Assembly: GCF_047606365.1 (NCBI RefSeq)
Contig: NZ_JASGEN010000039.1
Location: 344 to 64,343, forward strand
Source of the DNA: Micropruina sp.
GTDB taxonomy: Bacteria > Actinomycetota > Actinomycetes > Propionibacteriales > Propionibacteriaceae
Length of the DNA: 64,000 nucleotides
Direction of reading: 5' to 3'
Below are positions 1 to 8,886 of the stretch, one piece after another (within the stretch, counting starts at the first letter, position 1; each line of letters begins with the position of its first letter). The translations under genes were made by a program, and so were the position numbers. A model generated the notes under the pieces. It was not told where the DNA came from. It searched no databases and saw nothing but the letters and a program-made list of their open reading frames with translations.

Positions 1-213
1 CGCCGGGACGGCGCGGACATCTTTCTCAGCGAGAATCCCGCCGACGATGTCGGTCCGGCATTGATCTTCGTCTGGGTTCCTGACGCGGACGAGGTCGCCC
101 ACCGGTTCGGCGCCACGGTCGAACAGCACCCGTGGGCGCGGGACTTCGAGGTCACCGATCCCGACGGCCACCACGTCCGGGTGGGCACGAAGGAGATCGG
201 CCAATCGGCCTGA
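1..213 (+). CDS. VOC/glyoxalase family protein, C-terminal part (5' truncated by window edge)
   Basis: Frame 1 reads ...IFVWVPDADEVAHRFGATVEQHPWARDFEVTDPDGHHVRVG...*; PW..R.F...DPDG is the VOC C-terminal signature. Confidence 0.7.
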   Translation, partial: RRDGADIFLSENPADDVGPALIFVWVPDADEVAHRFGATVEQHPWARDFEVTDPDGHHVRVGTKEIGQSA

Positions 214-216
214 ACG

Positions 217-310
217 CCACCGCTGGTTGAGCTTCATCGAAACCCAGACCACCGCTGGTCGAGCTTGTCGAGACCCCTTGGAAGGATCTCGACAAGCTCG
301 ATCAGCGGTG
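217..310. repeat. REP-like family 1 cluster (CGCTGGTCGAGCTTGTCGAGACC and its inverted copy)
   Basis: One variant copy plus an inverted pair at 252-308 between convergent genes. Confidence 0.85.
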
Positions 311-322
311 CGTATGTGGCTC

Positions 323-1126
323 TCAGCGCAGGAACAGTGCGCGTAGCCGCAGCGTGCAGAACGCGACGCCGGCCACCGACATCACCACGAAGTAGCCCAG
401 GTGCACCCAGGTGGCGTCGGTGAAGGCGCCGATCGAGAGCTGCCGCATCAACTCGACGCCGTGCCATAGCGGCAGCGCCTGGATGAACCATTGGACGGCC
501 TGCGGGTAGACGCCGATCGGGAACAGCGTGGCGCTGAACAGGAACATCGGCAGCAGCACGATGTTGATCAGATCCATCTGCTGGAAGGTGGTGAACCAGC
601 TTGTCACCGCCATGCCGACGGCGGCGAAACCGAGCGCGATCAGCACCGCGACCGGCACCATGGCCAGCGCCCACCACGATGTCGCGATGCCCAGTACCCC
701 CATCACGCCGAGGAAGCCGCAGGCGTACAACAAGCCCCGGAAGAGGGCCATCGCGATCTCGCCGGCGGCCACGTCCAGCGGGCCGAGCGAGGTGGAGAGC
801 ATCGCCTCGTAGATGCGTCCGAAGCGCATCTTGAAGAAGACGTTCCAGGTGGAGTCGTAGATGGCGCCGTTCATCGCAGACGTGGCCAGCAGCGCAGGTG
901 CGATGAAGGCCACGTACGACATCTCGGCACCACCCGGACCGGTCACGGTGCCGACCAGTCCGCCCAACCCGTAGCCCATAGCGAGCAGGTAGAAGACCGG
1001 TTCGAAGAAGCCGGACACGACGATCGTCCAGTTCTGGTTGCCGATCACCTTGAAGCCGCGCTCGAGCACGGCGCGGACGTTGCCCGCGTACAGGCCTGAC
1101 AGCGTTCGGGACGCCGGCGCGCTCAT
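323..1126 (-). CDS. ABC-2 type exporter permease (NodJ-like)
   Basis: Hydrophobic; FEP..Y, PMFLFSATLFP and PLWHGVEL.R motifs; ATG at 1126 overlaps upstream TGA (ATGA). Confidence 0.85.
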   Translation of the reverse strand: MSAPASRTLSGLYAGNVRAVLERGFKVIGNQNWTIVVSGFFEPVFYLLAMGYGLGGLVGTVTGPGGAEMSYVAFIAPALLATSAMNGAIYDSTWNVFFKMRFGRIYEAMLSTSLGPLDVAAGEIAMALFRGLLYACGFLGVMGVLGIATSWWALAMVPVAVLIALGFAAVGMAVTSWFTTFQQMDLINIVLLPMFLFSATLFPIGVYPQAVQWFIQALPLWHGVELMRQLSIGAFTDATWVHLGYFVVMSVAGVAFCTLRLRALFLR

Positions 1127-1989
1127 CGGGTCAGCCTCCGTTCGAACATCCGTGCGCTCGCCACGATGCCGCCGCCGGCGGCAACGACGAGCACCAGCAG
1201 GTGCAACCAGGTCAGCCACCACGGGTTCGCCATGCCGAAGCCGACGACGCGGGCCAACTGGGTGCCGTGCCACATCGGCGAGATCCAGCCGATCCACTGC
1301 AGATAGGTCGGCATCGCGCTCAGCGGGAAGAAGGTGCCGGCGAACAGGAACATCGGCATCACGATGAACCGCTGGACGAAGGTGAACTGATAGCCCTCGT
1401 CGGTCTGGGTGGCCGCGAACGCCATCAGCGGCGCCCCGAAGGCGAGCGCCGCCAGCGGCGCGATCAGCACCATCAGTACGGACGCCGGGGCGGTGACTCC
1501 GCCGAACCAGACCAGAGCCAGCCAGAACAGCAGTGCTTCGGGAATGAACCGCAGCCCGACGGCGACCACCTCACCCACCGCCACCTGACCGGGCGTGATC
1601 GGGCTCGCGGACGCGGCGAAGTAGTGCCGCTGCCACTTGAAGCCGCTCATCACCGGAAAGGTGAACTCGCCGCTGGACTCCATCACGATGGACGAGACCA
1701 GCAGCGCCGGGCCGACGAAGACCAGGTAGCTGACCCCTTCAACACGGCCGGCACCCGAGTCGACCAGGGCGCCCAGGCCGAGGCCCATCGACGACAGGTA
1801 CAGCAGCGGCAGCCCGATGGAGCGGATCAGGATGGTCGGCAGGTAGGCGCGCATCGAGGTCAGCCGGTATTCGGCGTAGAGCCACCAGCCCCAGCGGCGT
1901 CCGATACGGGCCTGGGACGCGGCCGGCAGTGCGCCGCCGGCGTAGGCGAGCCGGTTGGAGTCGAGCAGTTCGGGGGCACGGTCAGTCAA
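1123..1989 (-). CDS. ABC-2 type exporter permease (NodJ-like)
   Basis: PMFLFAGTFFP and SPMWHG motifs; coupled to flanking genes. Confidence 0.85.
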   Translation of the reverse strand: MTDRAPELLDSNRLAYAGGALPAASQARIGRRWGWWLYAEYRLTSMRAYLPTILIRSIGLPLLYLSSMGLGLGALVDSGAGRVEGVSYLVFVGPALLVSSIVMESSGEFTFPVMSGFKWQRHYFAASASPITPGQVAVGEVVAVGLRFIPEALLFWLALVWFGGVTAPASVLMVLIAPLAALAFGAPLMAFAATQTDEGYQFTFVQRFIVMPMFLFAGTFFPLSAMPTYLQWIGWISPMWHGTQLARVVGFGMANPWWLTWLHLLVLVVAAGGGIVASARMFERRLTR

Positions 1990-2902
1990 TGAGCGACCTC
2001 CCGGTGAGCCGCAGGAAGACGTCCTCGAGCGAGGAGCGCCGGACCAGCGAGGTGATCGGCTGAAGGCCGCGCGAGATGACCTGTTCGAGGGTGGCTTCGC
2101 CGTCGGCGGAGTAGAGCAGCACCCGGTCGGGCAGCACCTCGATGCGTTCGGCCACCCCGTCGAGTTGGGCGACGACTGCGGCGTTGCGGTCGGAGCCGAA
2201 CCGCACCTCGAGCACCTCGCGGGTCGAATAGCGCCGGATCAGTTGAGCCGGCGAGCCCTCGGCGACGATCTTGCCGTGGTCCATCACCACCAGCCGGTCG
2301 CACAGCTGCTCGGCCTCGTCCATGAAGTGGGTGGTCACCACCAGGGTGACGCCCTCTTCCTTGAGCCGGAACAGCCGATCCCAGAGGATGTGCCGGGCCT
2401 GCGGATCGAGCCCGGTGGTGGGCTCGTCGAGCAGCAGGATCCGGGGTTCGTTGATCAGCCCGCGAGCGATGGTGAGGCGCCGTTTCATGCCGCCGGAAAG
2501 GTTGTCGACCTTCTCGTCGGCCTTGTCGGTGAGCTGGGCGAAGGCCAGCAGATCATCGGCGCGACGCCGCAGATACGACCGCGGCAGGCCGAAGTAGCGG
2601 CCGTAGGTGATCAGGTTCTCGCGGCAGCGCAGCTCGGTGTCGAGGTTGTCCTGCTGCGGGACGACGCCCAGGTTGGCGCGCACCTCGGGTCCGTGGGTCT
2701 CGGGATCGAGACCGAGCACGGTGAGCGTGCCGGAGGTGCGCAGCGAAGTGCCGCCGATCATTCGCATCGTCGTCGACTTGCCGGCACCGTTGGGACCGAG
2801 CAGGCCGAAGGACTCCCCCGGCGCGACGTCGAAGTCGATGCCGTCGACTGCGTTCAGTTCGCCGTAGCTCTTCACCAGGGCGCGGGCTTCGATCACGGAC
2901 AC
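1982..2902 (-). CDS. ABC exporter ATP-binding protein (NodI-like)
   Basis: Walker A GPNGAGKST, signature LSGGMKRR, Walker B LLLDEPT; start moved to GTG 2902, 7 nt after a TAGGTT -10-like hexamer. Confidence 0.9.
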   Translation of the reverse strand: MSVIEARALVKSYGELNAVDGIDFDVAPGESFGLLGPNGAGKSTTMRMIGGTSLRTSGTLTVLGLDPETHGPEVRANLGVVPQQDNLDTELRCRENLITYGRYFGLPRSYLRRRADDLLAFAQLTDKADEKVDNLSGGMKRRLTIARGLINEPRILLLDEPTTGLDPQARHILWDRLFRLKEEGVTLVVTTHFMDEAEQLCDRLVVMDHGKIVAEGSPAQLIRRYSTREVLEVRFGSDRNAAVVAQLDGVAERIEVLPDRVLLYSADGEATLEQVISRGLQPITSLVRRSSLEDVFLRLTGRSLID

Positions 2903-3002
2903 GGCGAGAAACCTACCAACCGGCTCTGACAGATCCCGGGGCAAGCCCCCTGGGGCCCGCTTCGAGCAGCGCAACCACCGCGACAACCGGACGCCTACAC
3001 GC

Positions 3003-3719
3003 TCAGCGATGTGCCTCCGTGTAGCGGTCGAGGACGATGTCGACCAGCTCGGCGGGCACCGGGCTGTCCGGTTTGAGCAGCGGCGCCGTCGTGACATCGC
3101 CGCCCGCGCGGGCGGCCAGGCCGGCGAAGTAGCCGGGCGCCAGCAGGTAGCTGGCGACCACCACGCGGCGTCCGGGACGAGCGGCACGGGCGGTGACGAT
3201 CTCGTCGGCCAGTCGCGGCAGCGCGGCGGAGATGAAACCCACCGAGACCGGTAGGCCGAGCAGCCCACCGAGCCGGGAGGCGGTCTCGACGCAGTCGGCG
3301 ACCGCACGGGCATCGCTGGAGCCCGCGGCGGCCAGCACCACGATGTCGTCCCTGGTCAGACCGGCCTCGGCGAGGCGGCGGGCCAGCAGTCGCACCAGCC
3401 GTTCGTCCGGTCCGAGCGCTGCGGCGACGGTGGCACCGGTGGCGTGCGCCACCTCGGCGAGATCGACATGGACGTGGTAGCCCGCCGACAACAACAACGG
3501 CACGATCACCGACCGCCGGCCCTCCGGAAGCGCGCCGAGCACCGTGGGCACGTCGGGCTGTTGGACGTCGACGAAGCCCTCATGCACCGCTAGCTTGGGA
3601 CGGCTGCCGGTCACGGCGGCAACCAGGGCCGCCACCGCGGCCTGCCCGGCGGGCGACGACGTGCCGTGCGAGATGGCGAGCAGATCCGGCGCCAGGACCG
3701 GGGTGGCGACCGAAGTCAC
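3003..3719 (-). CDS. Sirohydrochlorin chelatase (CbiX/SirB family)
   Basis: HGT near N-terminus, PLLLSAGYHVHVD, YLLAPGYF; siroheme supply context next to nirD. Confidence 0.85.
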   Translation of the reverse strand: MTSVATPVLAPDLLAISHGTSSPAGQAAVAALVAAVTGSRPKLAVHEGFVDVQQPDVPTVLGALPEGRRSVIVPLLLSAGYHVHVDLAEVAHATGATVAAALGPDERLVRLLARRLAEAGLTRDDIVVLAAAGSSDARAVADCVETASRLGGLLGLPVSVGFISAALPRLADEIVTARAARPGRRVVVASYLLAPGYFAGLAARAGGDVTTAPLLKPDSPVPAELVDIVLDRYTEAHR

Positions 3720-4105
3720 GCCGCGACCTCCACCTCGACCTCGCCGGCCACCACCCGCGTCCGGTAGGTCGCCACCGCGAGCCCGGGATCGTCGAGGCAG
3801 GCTCCGGTCTGCAGGTCGTACACCTGCTTGAGCAGCGGGGAGGCGATGGTGGCCCGGTCACCGCGGCTGCCGACGATGCCCCGGGCCATCACATAGGCCG
3901 AGGTGACCGGGTCGCGGTGGTCGATGGCGTACAGCTCGCCAGGTTCGACCAGCACCAGCGCGATCTGCCGTCCCTCGATCAGCACAGCCTCGCCCCAAGT
4001 GGGTTCCAGGGCGTCCACCGGGCACACCCGGTGCCAGGCGACGGCGGCCGGTTCGATCTCGCGTGCGGGCTCGGACGTCGTCCGGTCGGGAAGGGTGAGA
4101 GTCAT
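3716..4105 (-). CDS. nirD: Nitrite reductase (NADH) small subunit
   Basis: W..VC, DP...A.VMARGIVG, SPLLKQVYDL.TG.CLD (Rieske-like fold lacking cluster ligands). Confidence 0.9.
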   Translation of the reverse strand: MTLTLPDRTTSEPAREIEPAAVAWHRVCPVDALEPTWGEAVLIEGRQIALVLVEPGELYAIDHRDPVTSAYVMARGIVGSRGDRATIASPLLKQVYDLQTGACLDDPGLAVATYRTRVVAGEVEVEVAA

Positions 4106-4152
4106 GATCGGGAAGTCCTTTCACTCGGCGACACCGACGCTAGGCAGCCGGT

Positions 4153-4190
4153 GTTTCGTCGGGTGACGGCCTGGGTTTCTCCTCGGTGAC
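4153..4190 (-). promoter_or_regulatory. Two tandem GlnR-type boxes upstream of nirD
   Basis: Minus strand GTCAC-n6-GAAAC (4190-4175), then GTCAC-n5-GAAAC (4167-4153); matches gTnAc-n6-GaAAc. Confidence 0.7.
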
Positions 4191-4229
4191 GCTCTACTCA
4201 CACGCTCCGGACGCCGTGGTGGGGTGGCT

Positions 4230-4256
4230 GTGAGGCGTCCGTTACATCGGGGAAAC
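4230..4256 (+). promoter_or_regulatory. GlnR-type box upstream of nirB
   Basis: GTTAC-atcggg-GAAAC at 4241-4256, with an extra GTGAG half-site 11 bp upstream. Confidence 0.75.
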
Positions 4257-4312
4257 AGTCGGGCAATCGTGGCTTCATACCGTCGAAGAGCATCGACGGA
4301 AGGCACACCCCC

Positions 4313-6892
4313 ATGACCGACAGCACTTCCCCACGCCAGGTGGTCGTGATCGGTGCCGGCCCGGCCGCGCACCGACTTGCCAGCACCATTCATCGCCGCG
4401 ACACCGAGGGCGACATCCGGCTGACCGTGATCGGTGAGGAGGAGCATCTGCCCTACGACCGGGTCGCGCTCAGCACCCGATTCATCGGCGGCGCCGACCT
4501 GGCCCTCGACCCGACGATCTGGGACGGCGACGCGATCAGCCTGATCCGCGGCGAGCGGGTGATCGCCCTCGACCGGACGGCACAGACGGTGACCACCGAC
4601 ACCGGACGATCACTGCCCTACGACGATGTCGTGTTCGCGACCGGCTCACGCGCCCCGGTGCCCGACATCGCCGGCGCCGACCATGCCCGGGTGTACCGGA
4701 CGATCGGTGACGTCGACGACCTGTCCGCCGAGGTGCGGCTGCTGGCGGTCGCGCTGGGCCGTCCGCCCCGGACGGTGGTGGCCGGCGGCGGCCTGCTCGG
4801 CCTGGAAGCGGCCGGCGGTTTGGCCGAACTGGGCGCCGAGTCGTCCATCGTGCACTCCGGCAACTGGTTGATGTCGGCGCAGCTCGACGAGGGCGCCGGC
4901 ACCTCGCTCGGACGCCTGATCGGCGCCCGCGGCATCACCATGCATCTGGGGGTGCGACCGCGGGCGATCCAGGCCACCCGCGGCGCCGTCACGGGGGTGG
5001 AGCTGACCGACGGACGCATCCTCGACGCCGACCTGATCGTCTTCGCCATCGGCATCTCGGCCCGCGACGAGGTGGCTGCCGCCGCCGGCGTCGAGGTGGC
5101 GCCCCGCGGCGGCATCGTCGTCGACGAGGCCTGCCGGACGTCCGACCCACGAGTGTGGGCGATCGGCGAGGTCGCCCACGTCCACGATCGCTGCGTGGGG
5201 CTGGTGGCGCCGGCCAACGCGATGGCCGAGGTGGTCGCCGACCGGCTGCTCGGCGGCGACGCGGCGTTCACCACGATCGACGACGCCACCAAGCTGAAAC
5301 TGGCCGGGGTGGAGGTGGCCAGCTTCGGTGACGCCTTCGGCCACGCCGAGGGTGCTCTCGAAGTGGTCTACGCCGACCCGGCCCGCGGCCTCTACCAGAA
5401 GGTCGTGGTGTCCGACGATGCCCGCACCCTGCTCGGCGGCGTATTCGTCGGCGACGCCTCCCCCTACCTGTCGCTGCGGCCGCTGCTCGGCCGGGAGCTC
5501 GGTTCCGAGCCGGCGGCGTACCTGTCGGCGTCCGGAGCCCAGCCGTCGGGTGCCGATGAGCTGCCCGACGACGCCCTGCTGTGTGCCTGCAACAACGTCT
5601 GCGTCGGTGCGGTCCGCGACGCCGTCACCGGCGAGCCGGCCTGCCAGACGGTGCCCGCGTTGAAGGCCTGCACCCGGGCCGGCACGCAGTGCGGGTCGTG
5701 CGTGCCGCTGCTGAAGAAGACCCTCGAACAGGAACTCGCCAAGGCCGGGCTGAGCGTGTCGCGGGCCTTGTGCGAACACTTCGCGCAGTCCCGCCAGGAA
5801 CTGTTCGAGTCGATCAGGGTGCTCGAGATCACCTCCTGGGACGAGGTGCTGGCCCGGTTCGGCACCGGCCGCGGCTGCGACATCTGCAAGCCGGCGGTGG
5901 CCTCGATCCTGGCCAGCCAGCACGGCAGCTACATCCTCGACGGCGGCCGCGGCGCCCTGCAGGACACCAACGACCGGGCACTGGCCAATATGCAGCGCGA
6001 CGGCAGCTACTCGGTGGTGCCGCGGATTCCGGGCGGCGAGATCACCCCGGAGAAGCTGGCCGTGATCGCGCGGGTGGCGTCCGATTTCGGGCTGTACACC
6101 AAGATCACCGGCGGCCAGCGGATCGACCTGTTCGGTGCCCGGCTCGACCAGCTGCCGGCGATCTGGGAACAGCTGGTGGAAGCCGGTTTCGAGTCCGGTC
6201 ATGCCTACGGCAAGTCGTTGCGCACCGTGAAGAGTTGCGTCGGCTCGACCTGGTGCCGGTTCGGCGTCCAGGACTCCGTCGGCATGGCGATCCTGCTCGA
6301 GCTGCGCTACCGCGGGCTGCGGGCGCCGCACAAGATCAAGCTCGGGGTGTCCGGCTGCGCCCGAGAATGTGCCGAGGCCCGCGGCAAGGACGTCGGCATC
6401 ATCGCCACCGACGCCGGCTGGAACCTCTACGTCGGCGGCAACGGCGGCTTCCAGCCCAGCCACGCGCAACTGCTGGCCGGCGACCTGGACGACGACACCC
6501 TGATCCGCTACATCGACCGCTACTTGATGTACTACATCCGCACCGCGGACCGGCTGCAGCGCACCGCCCGCTGGATGGAGGAACTGGACGGCGGCCTCGA
6601 CCACGTCCGGGAGGTGGTGGTGCACGACTCGCTCGGGCTGGCGGCGGAACTCGAGGCCGCGATGGCCGCGCATGTGGACACCTACGAGGACGAATGGGCG
6701 GCGACCCTGCGCGATCCGGAACGGCTGAAACGCTTCCGCAGCTTCATCAACGCACCGGCGGACGCCGCGACCGTGGCACCGCGGGTCGCGGAACGGGGTC
6801 AGCAGCGGCCCGCGACGGCGTCCGAACTGGCGGACGGCCGGGTCCTGCTGGCCGGCGCGAGCCTTCCGGTGCGGAGGAGCGGCGATGAGTGA
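4313..6892 (+). CDS. nirB: Nitrite reductase (NADH) large subunit
   Basis: FAD Rossmann VIGAG, GGGLLGLEAA, BFD-like CxC/CGSC/CxxC clusters, KSCVGSTWC and GCARECAE siroheme/Fe-S motifs. Confidence 0.95.
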   Translation: MTDSTSPRQVVVIGAGPAAHRLASTIHRRDTEGDIRLTVIGEEEHLPYDRVALSTRFIGGADLALDPTIWDGDAISLIRGERVIALDRTAQTVTTDTGRSLPYDDVVFATGSRAPVPDIAGADHARVYRTIGDVDDLSAEVRLLAVALGRPPRTVVAGGGLLGLEAAGGLAELGAESSIVHSGNWLMSAQLDEGAGTSLGRLIGARGITMHLGVRPRAIQATRGAVTGVELTDGRILDADLIVFAIGISARDEVAAAAGVEVAPRGGIVVDEACRTSDPRVWAIGEVAHVHDRCVGLVAPANAMAEVVADRLLGGDAAFTTIDDATKLKLAGVEVASFGDAFGHAEGALEVVYADPARGLYQKVVVSDDARTLLGGVFVGDASPYLSLRPLLGRELGSEPAAYLSASGAQPSGADELPDDALLCACNNVCVGAVRDAVTGEPACQTVPALKACTRAGTQCGSCVPLLKKTLEQELAKAGLSVSRALCEHFAQSRQELFESIRVLEITSWDEVLARFGTGRGCDICKPAVASILASQHGSYILDGGRGALQDTNDRALANMQRDGSYSVVPRIPGGEITPEKLAVIARVASDFGLYTKITGGQRIDLFGARLDQLPAIWEQLVEAGFESGHAYGKSLRTVKSCVGSTWCRFGVQDSVGMAILLELRYRGLRAPHKIKLGVSGCARECAEARGKDVGIIATDAGWNLYVGGNGGFQPSHAQLLAGDLDDDTLIRYIDRYLMYYIRTADRLQRTARWMEELDGGLDHVREVVVHDSLGLAAELEAAMAAHVDTYEDEWAATLRDPERLKRFRSFINAPADAATVAPRVAERGQQRPATASELADGRVLLAGASLPVRRSGDE

Positions 6893-8159
6893 GCCGGCGG
6901 CCACCACCGGCCTCACGGTGCCGACGTTCCGCCGCGACCAGCTGGAGGGCTTCCGGATCGGTGTCACCAGCGAGCGTCGCGCGGCCGATCTGATCGACGC
7001 CCTGGAGCGCCGCGGCGCGCAGGTGCTGCACGCCCCGACGCTGCGGATGGAGCCGGCCTCCAACGACGAGCGGGTGATCGCCGACACCGAGGCGATCATC
7101 GACGCACGTCCCGACGTGGTGCTGGTGACCACCGCGTTCGGCGTCCGGCGCTGGCTCGAGGTGGCGGACGCCGCGGGCCTCGGTGAGCGGCTGCTCGCCA
7201 CCCTGGCCGCCTCGGCGATCCTGGTTCGCGGTCCGAAGGCCCGGGGCGGCATCCGGGCCGCCGGGCTGGACGACGCCGGGATGAGCGAGGAGGAGACCAC
7301 CTCGTCCCTGGTGGCCAAGGTGCTGGCCGAGCACGGGCCCGGCCTGACCGTCGCCGTGCAGGCCCACGGCTACCTGCAGGACGCGGTGCTGGCGCCGTTG
7401 CGGGCCGCGGGACACCGGGTGGTGACCGTGTCGCCGTACCGCTGGAGCTCGCTCGACGAGGGCGACGAACGCATCCCGCGTCTGGTGGACGCCATCTGCA
7501 CCGACCAGCTCGACTGCGTCACCTTCACCAGCGCCCCGGCGGTGGACGCCCTGTTCGCCGCCGCCGAGGGCCTGGGCAGCCTGGACGCGCTGCTGTCCGC
7601 GTTCCGGCGCGGGGTGGTCGCCGCCTCGGTCGGACCGGTCACCTCCGCGGCGCTCACCGCGGCCGGGTTGCGGCCGATCCAACCGGAGCGGTTCCGGATG
7701 GGTGCGCTGATCCGGCTGGTCTGCGAACGGCTGCCCGAGCTTCGGGTGGTCCGCGCGCGGACCTTCCACGGCGAGTTGCTGATCCGGGGAGCTCTGGTCG
7801 AGCTGGACGGCTGCCGCGTCCCGCTGACCCCGGTGCCGTTGACCCTGCTGCGCACCCTGATGTCCGCCGGGGGCTCGGTGGTCTCGCGGGAGCAGCTGCT
7901 GCGCGCGGTGCGCAGTTCCGACGAGCACGCGTTGGAGATGGCGCTGAGCCGGCTGCGGCGCAGCCTCGTGGTCCCGGTGATCACGACGGTGGTGAAGCGT
8001 GGTTACAGGCTCGACGTGATCATGGACGCGGGCTCGGCGGACGTCGTGACGCGCCCGGTGTCCGGCGCCGGATCACGGCGCAGAACCGTCACGGCCAACA
8101 GAACCGCAGCCAGCAGGTACGCCACTCCGAACGCCATCCGGCCGACCGGCGGCAGATAG
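6885..8159 (+). CDS. nnaR: HemD-like domain plus C-terminal OmpR-type winged helix (NnaR-like nitrate/nitrite assimilation regulator)
   Basis: GFRIGVTSERRA, VRGPKARGGIRAAG, VTFTSAPAV, then wHTH ending TVVKRGYRL; directly after nirB. Confidence 0.7.
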   Translation: MSEPAATTGLTVPTFRRDQLEGFRIGVTSERRAADLIDALERRGAQVLHAPTLRMEPASNDERVIADTEAIIDARPDVVLVTTAFGVRRWLEVADAAGLGERLLATLAASAILVRGPKARGGIRAAGLDDAGMSEEETTSSLVAKVLAEHGPGLTVAVQAHGYLQDAVLAPLRAAGHRVVTVSPYRWSSLDEGDERIPRLVDAICTDQLDCVTFTSAPAVDALFAAAEGLGSLDALLSAFRRGVVAASVGPVTSAALTAAGLRPIQPERFRMGALIRLVCERLPELRVVRARTFHGELLIRGALVELDGCRVPLTPVPLTLLRTLMSAGGSVVSREQLLRAVRSSDEHALEMALSRLRRSLVVPVITTVVKRGYRLDVIMDAGSADVVTRPVSGAGSRRRTVTANRTAASRYATPNAIRPTGGR

Positions 8160-8692
8160 AACTGCGGCAGCACCAGGGCCACCAGAACCCCCAGCGGCCA
8201 CGCCGCCCGGCTGCCCGTGTAACGCGTCCAGGCCAGCGCGAAAGCGACGCCAGCAACGGCGAGCAGCAGCAGGCCGAGGCCGAACATGGTGATCGCCACC
8301 GGCTGGTTGCGGATCTGTTCGACCAACCCCAGCAGTGCCGGCTCGCCGTGCGCGGCGTGGCCTCCGATCACATGCAGGGCGAAGGTCTCGGCACCGAAGT
8401 AAGGCAGCACCAGCACCACGCCGGCGAGCCCCGCCCAGCGGGCCAGCCGGGTCACGAACCAGTCGCGCTCCAGGTCGGCCAGCCGCAGCGCGAGCCGTCC
8501 GAACCCGACCAGGGCCAACGCCCCGGCCACATGGGCAACCACCCACCACGGTGACGCGAACGCCGCCGCCTGCTCGGCCGCACTCGAGGTCATGTCGCCG
8601 TAGGGCCGCACCAACAGGTACACCGCCATCAGGATTCCGGTCGTTCCGAGCGGAACCAGCAGGTCCCGTTGCGTCCTCGCCTTGCTTCGCAT
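8003..8692 (-). CDS. Uncharacterised multi-pass membrane protein
   Basis: Several hydrophobic helices; RBS-like GAGGGGAG before ATG 8692; divergent from TetR. Confidence 0.7.
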   Translation of the reverse strand: MRSKARTQRDLLVPLGTTGILMAVYLLVRPYGDMTSSAAEQAAAFASPWWVVAHVAGALALVGFGRLALRLADLERDWFVTRLARWAGLAGVVLVLPYFGAETFALHVIGGHAAHGEPALLGLVEQIRNQPVAITMFGLGLLLLAVAGVAFALAWTRYTGSRAAWPLGVLVALVLPQFYLPPVGRMAFGVAYLLAAVLLAVTVLRRDPAPDTGRVTTSAEPASMITSSL

Positions 8693-8711
8693 ATCCACTC
8701 CCTCGCTATTC

Positions 8712-8774
8712 GAGAGCACCGCTCTCTGTTTAGAAGGTAGAGCACTGCTCTCGGAAATGCAAGAGCATTGCTCT
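8712..8774. promoter_or_regulatory. Three palindromic TetR-type operators AGAGCANYGCTCT
   Basis: Copies at 8713-8725, 8739-8751 and 8762-8774 between the divergent membrane gene and TetR. Confidence 0.75.
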
Positions 8775-8808
8775 CTTTTGTGGCAGACTGGTCACCCGAC
8801 ACCGAAAT

Positions 8809-8868
8809 GCCCTCCCTAACTAGCTCTGCCCTCCCGTCGACGGGAGGGTAGAACTAGTTAGGGAGGGC
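8809..8868. repeat. 60-bp near-perfect palindrome centred on GTCGAC
   Basis: GCCCTCCCTAACTAG (8809-8823) pairs exactly with 8854-8868; inner arms pair with 2 mismatches and no loop. Confidence 0.85.
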
Positions 8869-8886
8869 CCTACGAAGGGGCCGCAG

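Noticed and set aside
4646-7318. 890-aa antisense ORF, and similar long ORFs at 12881-14665, 17267-19291, 28103-30661 and 32528-34000
   Set aside because: Shadow or alternative frames of well-supported genes, expected in high-GC DNA; no recognisable motifs
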